From Podarcis liolepis (Eukaryota): a DNA stretch of 64,000 nt. This document shows, in pieces, positions 51,507-62,255 of this stretch. The DNA is taken from NCBI GenBank assembly GCA_965112155.1, contig OZ218103.1. One strand, given 5' to 3'. The notes beneath the pieces were generated by a model. It searched no databases, was not told the DNA's origin, and saw nothing but the letters and a program-made list of their open reading frames with translations. A program made the translations under genes and the position numbers. Position 1 is the first letter of the stretch. Each line of letters begins with the position of its first letter.

Positions 51507-52603
51507 TATTAGTATTTTTTGTATCTTGTCCACCTCAGGAACATTTTGTATTCAAGGTGTGAGATACAAATTTAACAGTTCTTCTGATTTAACACAGTCT
51601 GAACCTTTGAATCTATAGGCCACATATCAAGGCTCATTTCATGGCTCGTCTAGTATAAGCATTAGCAAACTGTTTCTAGTTTTTGCCGCTACTACTCCTA
51701 CTACTACTACTGTTTTGGGATCCCAGGTTAGTTATTCCAGTACCCAAACTACCCACTAGGTAACTTTCATTTAGTTTCATTTCCAGAGAATGTCTTTGCA
51801 TCTAGGAAGGCTGAGCACCCTAGACTCCCTTTCCAGTGGTGCTGATGAGTCTTCCATTATTGATGCTTATATTGTCTTCAGTCCTTACTTCCTATACTCA
51901 TGGGTTCTTGCAGTCCAAGATTCTTGGCTTCTGTTCTTCCCTAGTTATCTGTTGCATTTTTCAGCCAAGCAAGAATTCTTGTTCCGATTCTTTACTTCCA
52001 GACTTCTAGTAGCCATCTGTTTGATGTCTTCAGAGAGTTGTTATCCTACTGATCAAGGTTCTGTGGGCATTTAAAACTACCGCTGGTGCTTAATGGCTTG
52101 TTCACTGACAGCTGATTTAGCTGCAATCTGGTCTGACACAAACCGCAGTCCTGCAGAATTTAAGCAGGTACTTCCTAGTATTTGGAAAAAGGGGACATGA
52201 TTACTGAAGTCGGTGCAAAGGCTCACATTCCACTTAATTTTCACCTTTGCAAGATTTATGTTTTAACAATGTACCTAGGCAAACAAGCTTCAGTAATTCA
52301 TGAAATGTCATAGCTGTTGCTAGGGAAACAAGGTTGAATGTAAGGCAATAAAAGCACAGATTTGTGGTGGTGCCAAACAAGGTAAGTATACAGCAGGATT
52401 TTTTTTTAAAGTCTGGAGAAGAAAAGAGGCTCACTTCTCATTGCCATTTTTCCCCATTGCCAATTATTTTGTAAGACGTTAGGCATCAGAACAGCATGAG
52501 TTTAATTTTGTGACATAGGGCTTATTTAGGCATTAGATGAAGCTCGGCAATGAGACCTCTGTGTTGCTGCCAACTTGTGATTTAGAATTTCTTTGGTTAT
52601 CAG

Positions 52604-52673
52604 GTGCTGATGCTGCGGAGGATGAGGAAGTGGACGTCACCAGTGTAGATCCCATTGCTGCTTTTTGTAGCAG
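52604..52673 (+). CDS. RBBP5: RBBP5 exon 11 (WDR5-binding motif EVDVT)
   Basis: atcag|GT..AG|gtgaat, 70 nt; GADAAEDEEVDVTSVDPIAAFCS. Confidence 0.96.
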
Positions 52674-53584
52674 GTGAATGTGGCGACGGCGAGGGTGTTG
52701 AAAGACTGCACACAATAAATATTTGCTGATCACTAAAAAGATATGTTCACTAGGACTGTCAACTAATTAAAGAAATCTTAGTTAGTTATGGGTTTTAATA
52801 GATAAACAGTGCAGTTCTGTGCAGGCTTACTCTGAAGAAAGTCACCCTGTGTTCAGTAAGACTCTCCCTGGCTAGGCCAGTTAGGATTGCAGAGTAAATA
52901 TGCATATCTTTTCATATGAGCAAGGCAGAGCCTCCCTATGAACCTATTTAGGCTCCCCAGGCCTTCCCATCGGGCTGCTGTGTGGTTTGGCTCAAATCAT
53001 GGCCACCTGACCATCACCTGATGTCACTCGACAGGTAAACTTGGTTCTTTCCTTACAGCTTCTAGTAGAGTTTGGTGTTTCTTGAATTTGGCTCCTTTTT
53101 CTGTCATCCTGCAGCAACAGAAAAAGATGCCAAATTCAAAAAGGGCCCAATTGCATATGGAAAGGAAGAGTTGCTTAGAAATGCTCCCAGTTCTTCCTTT
53201 ACAACTCAGCTTGAATTCAAACCAGGCTGCAAAGGAAGAACGGAGAGGACATTTCAGATTCTACCTTTGAAGTTGAATCACCTGACCTCCATATGATTTA
53301 CAGGTGAGCAGCGACACCCACCAGTCAAAATGACCTGTAGGAGAAGTTCTGGATCTAGTGTGGCCAATGGCCAGGGATAATGGGGGTCATAGTTAGCAAA
53401 ATCTGAAGGGCCATGGGTTAGCCATTCCTGCTGTAGAGTGTGTCTGAATGGCTAATTTTGGAGGTCAGTGTAGCTCTTGTTCTGGATAAGAACACAAGAA
53501 CAAAATTGTGTTTGTGTGTATTTTTTCAATCCTGTAGCATGAGTTCTGTGTGTTTAATGGGAAAAAATAAAATTTCCTTGGCAG

Positions 53585-53814
53585 CGATGAAGAATTGGAA
53601 GACTCCAAAGCTTTGTTGTACTTGCCTATTGCTCCTGAAGTGGAAGACCCAGAGGAAAACCCTTATGGTCCTCCACCAGATGCAGTGCAGACCGCCTTAC
53701 CTGATGAGGGAATAGGCTCTGAAAAGAAGAGGCAGTCTTTGTCTGATGGACCTCAGCCACCAAAGAAGAAACCTAAAACAACCAACATAGAACTGCAGGG
53801 AGTACCCAATGATG
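53585..53814 (+). CDS. RBBP5: RBBP5 exon 12
   Basis: ggcag|C..GATG|gtgagg, 230 nt; DEELEDSKALLYLPIAPEVEDPEENPYGPPPDAVQ..PPKKKPKTTNIELQGVPND. Confidence 0.96.
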
Positions 53815-53965
53815 GTGAGGGAGAATTGCTATCATTGCTGCTGTCCAATATCTTCATAACTTCAGATTATATTAGAACTTAGCGAAAATGGCTGTGAGTG
53901 GTAAATAAGTCCTTTCTCAGCTTGTGCCATTACAATTGACAGGGCATTTGAACTGCTAGATAAGC

Positions 53966-54223
53966 TAGGGTTGCCATATTTCAAAAAGTGAAGCGAACAC
54001 AAAAGTTGTTGAGTTTTTTTAGAGTTTTGCCCTAAGTTGTTGAGCTTTGCAAAATCTTAAAAAAGAATGAAGTTGTTGAACTATTTTTAAGGGAATTCAG
54101 CAAAATCTAGACTTCCAACATGGGTTTGCCATGCGTCCAGATCTTCCTGGACATTTCCACAATTTCCACCTGGACACTGTATTCCAACTATATCCAGGAA
54201 AATCCAGGCGTATGGCAACCCTA
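53966..54223. mobile_element. hAT-type MITE
   Basis: 13-bp perfect TIR TAGGGTTGCCATA / TATGGCAACCCTA; degenerate 8-bp TSD AGATAAGC / ATTTAAGC; AAGTTGTTGA repeated three times internally. Confidence 0.82.
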
Positions 54224-54743
54224 ATTTAAGCAAGTAAGATCCCTATGTTTCTTGTCCTCTTATATCTCATTATCTTATTCACTTGGGGCTAACAGTACTG
54301 AATCTTTCCTCACGTGCTTAGAATTTTTGCCTGGCTGCACTCCTAATTATAGGCATTCCTCATATCTGTGACCACTGAATGGAAATTATGGTCAATTAGC
54401 TCAAGTACTTGTTTAGTAACCTGTGGTGTTATACATTTCCTCTAAAGCACCTGGACCAGGTGCTGTCTTGACCTGAGTAGACCAGTTTATTCTTTGGTTC
54501 TATACAACAAACTGCTGGCAAACTCAACTTAATTCTAACTTCCAGCTCATCCTACTGTCCTAAAATGATTCAGAACCGCTGCTCTCCCTTTCTTATTTCT
54601 AAAAAAGGAGAAAAATGCCATAAGTCCCCTTTCCTGTGTTATGGCACGAGCCTTCAGAGATCTGCAAAGTACACAGGGCGAGTAAATGCACTGTAAACTG
54701 AAAAGATGTACTTCCTGTTCCAAACCTGCCTCTTCCTCCGCAG

Positions 54744-54938
54744 AAGTCCATCCGCTTCTGGGTGTGAAAGGAGATGGTAAATCCAAGAAGAAGCAAGCAG
54801 GCAGGCCTAAAGGATCAAAAGGTAAAGAGAAAGATTCTCCATTTAAACCGAAACTCTACAAAGGGGACAGAGGTTCTTTACCTCTGGAAGGAGCAGCGAA
54901 GGGTAAAGTGCAGGCGGAGCTGGGACAGCCTTTGCCAG
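54744..54938 (+). CDS. RBBP5: RBBP5 exon 13 (long form; internal alternative donor after 54821)
   Basis: cgcag|AA..CCAG|gtaagg, 195 nt; EVHPLLGVKGDGKSKKKQAGRPKGSKGKEKDSPFKPKLYKGDRG..ELGQPLP. Confidence 0.94.
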
Positions 54939-56890
54939 GTAAGGACCCAGCGTGAGCGTCTGCTTGCTTGGTGACCTTGCTTCGTACAGACATGGCATAG
55001 CCTTAGCACTTTAGCTCCCCAAACGGCATTTGCTTGCTGAGTGTTTTAGCTGCTCTGCTTTCAAGGACAGACAAAATTTTGCTTCTTGGAACAGGACGGT
55101 TGCCCTCGTTGCCACAAATAACAATAGGCACCCACAAGTTGTAGGCACATCAAGTAAATAATGTGAAGGCTGAGAAAAATAAGATGTGTCATACAGAAAT
55201 GGCATCAAGCCATTAACTTGTGGGTTCTCCTCCTAGGAGTGCACATCATTGGTGCCACACAACCCAAATTTGCTAGTCGTGAAGGCTGTTTTGGAGTCCA
55301 AAGCAGAGATAAAAAATGATGGGGAGCATGCAGAGCTAAAATATTGTTGTGTGACACCCTTGTGAAATATCTGATGCTGCAAAAAAAGAAAAGATTAAAG
55401 GGGAAAAGGGAGTAGCTATCCCACAGTAGCGTTTCTGGTGACTGTGGTTGAGTTCCATTGCCTATGAAAATTTAGTGATGTGCCCATATTACGGATCCAT
55501 GCTCTGGACAGTTGCTTGCTAGTTGGAAGGTTGCTACCAAGAGTTTTAAAACTGGCTCTATGTATTTTATCTAAGCAAGTTCAATAATACTGGCAGTTAA
55601 GTTGAATGCGAGAGTTCTACATCCCATTACTTCAGTGCTATGCAGGTGATCAATGCGCATATTTTACTCCTCTAATTGTGCGTAAATTTGGGAAAGCTGC
55701 TTTCTGCCCAGTTTGACAAAGTTCAAGGAGGCAGGAGAAAGTGGGTTTTGCAAGGAATAGGAAGTGACTTTTGATCATATTTTATATAAAAATTGTTACA
55801 CGTAATAGGGATTCAGATGTGATATGTATGTGCAAAATTTTGTATGTCCTTGAAGTTCAGTAGCTATTGCTGTGAATTTTTTTTTATAATCTCCAGAACA
55901 GCTATTTTTTTAACCCTTTCTTTCCCTCACTGCTGGTCCTGTGTTACCCAGCTTGCTCATTGTCCTTCCTGCTCTGCTCCTGTTAAGTTGCTTTTGTAGT
56001 ATTAATAAATGCATTGAGTGATGCAATGAACAAAATGTGGCAGCTTTCCAAAGCAGAAATCTGTTTGATTTGTTGTTTTCCTGCTAACTTATGTTTGTTC
56101 TGTAGCTTCTCAACAAAACTGTTTTAGTAAGTACTCAGTGGCAGAACTTCTTGTAAGACACCACCTCCCCTCCAAAAGGTACCCTTGAAGTTTTGCAAAA
56201 ATGAGATTGAGATCAAATGGCACCATGCTACACATTTTCTGAAATCTTAAACTATAGTAGGTATATGCAGGAGAGCCACCATGTTAAAAAGTATGGGTGG
56301 TATCTGATTAAATCATACTTGAAACAGGCCCATCAAAATGAATGGGCAAGTTAACATTTGCCAGCTTAAGTCCATAGATTTCCATGAGTCTGCTCTGAAG
56401 AAGTCAGATACCATCCATTAATTGTTCATGTTTTTGACAATGCAAACATATTACTTGGACAGAGCAGAATTAGCGGCCAAATCCTTAAAAAAAACAACCA
56501 CACACAATTTTCTAGATTTGTTTAGAAGTTTGCAACTATGAAGTCTTTGTGACTTTATTTGGGGAGTGTTACAGAACCATGCAAGCTGATGCAGAAATAG
56601 ATGCCTGCACATGAGAGGAGGCAAGAAACCAAGTTAACGGGATGCCTGTGCCAGAAGAACAGTATTTCATCTTTCCTCCTGGTGTGGGCTTACTGTCAAA
56701 TTGGTGCTTTGGGGTATCATCTGTTAGACTCAGATACAACTTCTGTATTCAGAAATGTTGACCTACTCAAGGCATGAACTGTAGAGCAGGTGCTCTGCTT
56801 TTCACAGTCAAGCTCTGGCCTGTTTTGGTTGTTAATTAAAAATGCTTAGGAAAATGCTTGTCTTGTCTTCAACAACTTTCTGGGGAAAAA

Positions 56891-57070
56891 TAGGAAGCTA
56901 CCTTAGAGTGCATCAAACCCTTACTCCTAGCTCAGCATTGTACTTGCTGACTGGCAGTGGCTGTCCAGGATATTAAGCAGAAGTCCTTTGCTGCCTAACC
57001 AGGAGATGCCATGGATTCAACCCGTGGCTTTTTGCAAGGAAAGCATGTGATCTACCACTGAATGGTGGTT
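56891..57070 (-). mobile_element. Squam3-like SINE, degenerate, antisense
   Basis: Reverse complement of the 37817 element: TAGGAAGC..CTAGCTCAGCATTGT..GACTGGCAGTGGCT..GATTCAACCC..CATGTGATCTACCACTGA. Confidence 0.7.
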
Positions 57071-58518
57071 TTTCTCCTATGCAACATGCTTTCCCTTAAG
57101 TGTAATATTTTGAAGCAGGGGTAGCAAACTGGCAGCCCATAGGCCTCTGAAATATCTCTCTCTGACTTGTAAGCAGCTGTACCAGATTTGAACGAAGGTA
57201 TGTTTTTCTTTTAAAAAAAGGTTGAAGAAAATACTATTTTAAAAACTGTAAGGGAAAAAGAGATCCCTTATTTTAATACCACACGATCCAAATGTAGTCC
57301 TTACTGCTGCTTTATTATTAGGTGGCTGCTTTATTATAGAGTCATGGCATCCTTAAATGGGGTTGAGTTTTGTGGCAAAAATATGCTTCCTCCTTTGGAC
57401 CATTGCTGGGAGAGTGGCTCTCAAGAGGTCCTTTGTTTCATTTGCTGGTGTTCAGTCAAGACCGTCAGACATAAAAATATTGATACTGAATGCCTCATCC
57501 ACTGACACCCTCCTAATTATTCAGTAAAATGTGCCAGAAAAAGTTCCTTATGGAACTTTCCTGCTTTAGGATTTAAAAGGGTTTATTTAAGTTCATTCTG
57601 TTGATTTGTGTGGGAAGCCTTACAGTCCAAGCCACTAGGCATTAGTGTTTGAGGTTCCATTTTGAATTCCAGGCTCCATCTTGGAGGAGACACGAGCTGC
57701 CTCTTCGTGGCTCATCCCAAACCTAATGATTTTAATCACTCAGAAGTGCCATCTACTCCCAGGAGGGATTGAGCTATTAGGCAGCTCCCTGACTTACTGC
57801 TCTATTCCTATTGAGGTTCAAAGCCTTCTTAGGCTCAAGTGCCATGCAACATATTTATATACAACTGTCTTGATTCAGGAAAAGATATAACTGTAAACAT
57901 GGCTTTAGTCTCGGTATGTACTTGTAAGTAGCCATATCAAGACTCCATTGTTCAAAAGCACATTTCAACTTGTGCTTTTTAGTCTCTGGAAAATTTGAGC
58001 TCAGAAAAGGACTGAACACTGTGCTGCTTCCTTGCCTTGCACAGAGCACGGATAATAAATTGATACCGAGCTGTAATCATCGCACACTTCCTGCCTCAAC
58101 TGCCTGCCTGCTCTCCACATCCTCAATAATCCCTTCCCTTTTCCCATGCAGAGTTCACAGACAGCAAGTGTGCTTACTAGCTACAACACAAGTTTGTACA
58201 ACTTCCTTATTCCCTATACTTAAACCAGGTAAGCTTGCAGAAATCCCAGTGGCAGGGAATTACTGAGTTTCTCAAGGATCTTATCCAGTTCTGACATCCC
58301 TTTTTTAAAAACATTTTTAAAGACTTCTAATCAGAAGCAGAGAAATGAAGCATCATAACATGTTGGACAAAAGCTTCCCCTTCAACCTCTCTGCGTCAGT
58401 TGGGAGTGGTCTTGTACGATCCAGCTTCTGGTGTTGCAGGTATCTGTGAGAGTCCTTTTAAAAATGTTGTTTTTTAATATTCAAAAATATTTGATTTTTG
58501 GTTTGGTGTTTCTTTTAG

Positions 58519-58547
58519 CAGGTGGTGGTATTTCAGAGCTATTATGA
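58519..58547 (+). CDS. RBBP5: RBBP5 exon 14 (stop TGA 58545-58547)
   Basis: ttttag|CAGGTGGTGGTATTTCAGAGCTATTATGA = AGGGISELL*, matching the ..ISELL C-terminus of RBBP5. Total CDS 1620 nt (539 aa). Confidence 0.92.
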
Positions 58548-60049
58548 AGACTTCCCAACCTTCCTCACCTTTCCTTATTCAGTCAGATAATGGACTGACT
58601 TTAAGCTACTATGGTCAGGACAAGTGACCTGGCTACCTATGGATACAGGGGACATTAAAAAAAGAAGAAAATGCAAATTATGGAAGAGGAAAATGCTTCC
58701 CCCAATCCTCTCTTCCTGCTAACAGTGAACAAACTGTTGACTCTCAGGAAAGAAGATTTGTAGAGAACCTGATGGAAAGGAACTGCTTTTTGCTGGTTAG
58801 TCTGCATTTGCTCCCCAAAGTACAATGAAGTCTGTCACAGGACGAGAAGACCTGCTTGCCTCCAAGTTTAAGGTCTTTTAGTTTCTGTTGCATCATTCAA
58901 TTCTCAAGAGGATGATTGTCGTGTCTCCATGAAGACCCATCATGCTGCTGTGGATCCCAGCACATTCCTATTGCAGTGTTGCTAGTTTAAGCAAACTACT
59001 CTTTGCACCATTATTTTCTCTGCATTATTCACACTGGTTTGCATTGACTTGGTAGACATGCTTTTTAGGTACCCTTTATACAGCAAGACAACTTACCTTA
59101 CAGGTTGCCTACTTTTGCCAGTTTGGAACAGACATTTGGAATCCAAATGACTCCAAAGAGGTTTATAACTGATTGGATACTGATTGCAAGAACCAGGGAG
59201 GGCAGAGTGGATGTATATCTAGAGAGAAAGAAGAGGGTTGGGATGATGTTGGGCCAAAGCATGAATGGCATACGTCTCGGCATGTTTCCATCCTGGACCT
59301 CTACAGCTCAAGAGACGCTCGTTTTCCCTCCACTCGAGGATGTGCCAGGCAAATGAGCATCTCCCTGGGAATGTTTAGATGAATCTGCACACAAGACATG
59401 GGAATATACTGTTTAAGTCATTTATGTTTCTGCTTTGTGTGCTATCCAAAGCCATCCAGAGATGTCCGTTTTTGGCTTGGCCTGTATTAGAAAAGATTGC
59501 ATCCTGCATTTTCATTTCTTGCCATTGCAGTTGTTTATCCAAAGTCTTATCAGTCTCCTAAATCAGGAGATTTATTCCCCCCCCCCCGCCCCGCCTACCC
59601 AATCTCCAGAATATACATGAGCATCTTGCAGGAGGTTCAATTGGCCCATGGGATGCATTCGGAAATGCAGAGATAAAACTTGCAAACTAACTTCAAAATA
59701 TTGATTTGAAGTCCCATATATTGTATTGTATGATATAATTTATGCCATCCCCAACCACCAGGTGTTCTGTGCAGCCTTCCGCTGAATAGTCCTACTACTT
59801 TCCACCTGCCAGTCCATCCAAAGATGGGAAGGCTGCTTGGGTAGCAATCACTGCTCTGCATAATATGGTGTCCTGGATTCCAACCAGCTTCTGCAGGTTT
59901 CTCTACTTCAGTGTCCATCGCTTAGTTTTCTTTCAGGCTTGCTTTAATTATTTTGATATTCCTGTAGCTTGTACAAAACCTGCCAGATAGTGTGATTGGT
60001 TGCTAGTTATTCATAAAGTACTGCTGTGATGGTAGCATTTGTGTTTGTA

Positions 60050-60073
60050 AATAAAGAAGTATGTTTTATTAAA
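60050..60073 (+). terminator. RBBP5: Probable RBBP5 poly(A) signals
   Basis: AATAAA at 60050-60055 and ATTAAA at 60068-60073, followed by U-rich and GU-rich tracts; implies a ~1.5-kb 3' UTR. Confidence 0.6.
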
Positions 60074-61922
60074 CCACGTGAATCATGTTTTTCCCTTCTC
60101 TCTCCACCCAACCCATTTTGTGTGTGTGGAGAGCAGGTCTTTTAGGAACTTCCATGACCCAGATTTTATTTCCACTAGTAATAAATTTATCACCTGCCCT
60201 TCACCAGCAGCTCCTAGAATTAATTCAGAATGAGAAACAGTTAAAACATGTCACAAGAATAATAAAAATAAATAAATGCACACACTATTTATACGTCCTG
60301 CAGAGGATTATGATGTTGATGTGTATTTTTTTACATTTGCCATTAGAACTCTAGGGACAAATCAGCTAGCTTCCTGGTTCAGTATAGTCTTCTTAATATC
60401 ATCTTTACAATACACTATGCCAGTATGAATGTAATAGTTTGGCATTGCTGGCATGATGCTACAGTTGGAACAGCTGGTTTGTGACATCACAATTTGATAA
60501 CTGCACTGGCATCGCAGAGGCATTAATGACTGAATGAACACTGAAGAAAAGAGCAGGGTTCAGATCCCTCTCTCTTAATGGTTAGTTTGGGAAAATGGTA
60601 AACTGCTTGACTGATGAAGTCCTGATGTTCCTCGTCTACAGTGCTGCAAATTTGAAACTACCTGCAAATTCAAAACTAATCTTTGTAATTTCTTGTAGTT
60701 TGGTAGTATTTTCAATTTGAATCCACAATGCACAAGTCACTGTTGCGTAAGTATCGCTTCTTGTTTTGCCTGCTTTCTGTGGTACCAGATTTACGAGTGG
60801 GTGGGTAGAGTAAGATTATTGGTAGAATTTGGGGTTAGTGCAAGGTAGTCATCAAACTCCATCCTGGTTCTGGCGCCATACATCTACAATAGTTGAGTCC
60901 CCACCCCCCACATTTATTCAGATGCTCTCTTCCCCTCCAGGCAGGTCTGCTATAACGATCTGTGCAGTTGGAGAGCATTTCTTCCCATACTGGCCTCAGC
61001 TGGCAGGACTAGAGAGCGATTGACAAGCCAGAGCAGTGTGCTAAATGAATGAACTAAGAGTTTTATTCAGTGTATAGCAGCTTCATACTTTCCTATGGTT
61101 TGTGATGTTTGGAAAACTATAGTACATTTCAGACTAGAGACCTCAAATCAAAATTCCAGGGCAGGCCTCTTGTCGGCGTTCACTTCTGCTGAAAGTTTGT
61201 TTAGGAACTACAATAATTGTGCTCCTACTACTCTTCCTGAAGTACCTTTTACACACATCTATTGTCACAGGTCATAAAATCTATATTGGTAAAGTAGTAA
61301 CATTGAAACTGGTCCCTGGTTTTGTCTGTCTTTAAAGTTGGTATGTTAAAATGGAAAACACTGCTGTCATGGCAAGTCTGATGCAGATTTTTTTACATTG
61401 CCAGAAAACCCAAGTTTAGCTCTGATGGTCTAATTATGTATTAAGGCAGTAAAGAGAAACCAGTTGGGGGATCCAGGAAGTTTTTTTTTTTTTGTTTTGT
61501 TTACTGTTGTGCTGCTTCTGTCTTTTTCTATAATTTTTCAGAGAAGCACCTGATCTTGAGTGACTCAGTATTGGTTTTGGATTGTGGTGAAAGTACCATA
61601 AAGCTGTGAGGCTGCAATCCAATGCATATATTAGCAGATGTGAAGTCGCTGTGGCTCTCCAGATATTTCTGGACTCCAAGCCCAGCTGGTAAAACGAAAG
61701 ATTGGTGGTGACAGGAATTATAGTCCAATAACAGCTTGGAGGGCTACAACTGTCCCAGCTCTGGGCTGTAGGATTGCAATCATAATTAATTTACTAAGTT
61801 CTGCTGATTTGTTGATTATGCTAAGCTTTTTTTATGTGATATGATTGTGCTAGGGAGGCTGTGTCTGCCTGAACATGCCACCCAGAGATTGACTTAACAA
61901 AGCATTGCATAGCACTGTGCTA

Positions 61923-62012
61923 CATAGCTGTTAATGTTTCCCATTTTTTAAGGGAAATTCCCTTATTCCGAATAGGATTCCTGTCAAGAAAAGGTAAAAG
62001 TTGACAGCTATG
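61923..62012. mobile_element. 90-bp hAT-type MITE, copy 2 (same family as 40257-40344)
   Basis: CATAGCTGTTAA..TTGACAGCTATG; perfect 8-bp TSD CTGTGCTA at 61915-61922 and 62013-62020. Confidence 0.92.
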
Positions 62013-62255
62013 CTGTGCTACTAATTGCACCTTCCTGCTTAACTTTGCTCACCTTTTGAATAAGTTTCTTTCCCTTGGCAGGATGCCACCTGGCTGCTTT
62101 TTGTATTCCAAAAATGTCTTACGGCTGGGGAGCGGGTTCAGGAAAAGGCATCTGTTTCACACCACAGAAACATTTATGATATTTTTAACAAAGGATGATA
62201 ATCAGGAGGTCATATAATGAGGCCGCCCAATGGATTGTAAAAGGACTCTCCAAGT

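Noticed and set aside
57177-57197. 21-nt in-frame micro-exon (AVPDLNE) in RBBP5 intron 13 with donor AAG|GTATGT
   Set aside because: The acceptor lacks a pyrimidine tract next to the AG and the putative branch point is too close; the support is too weak.
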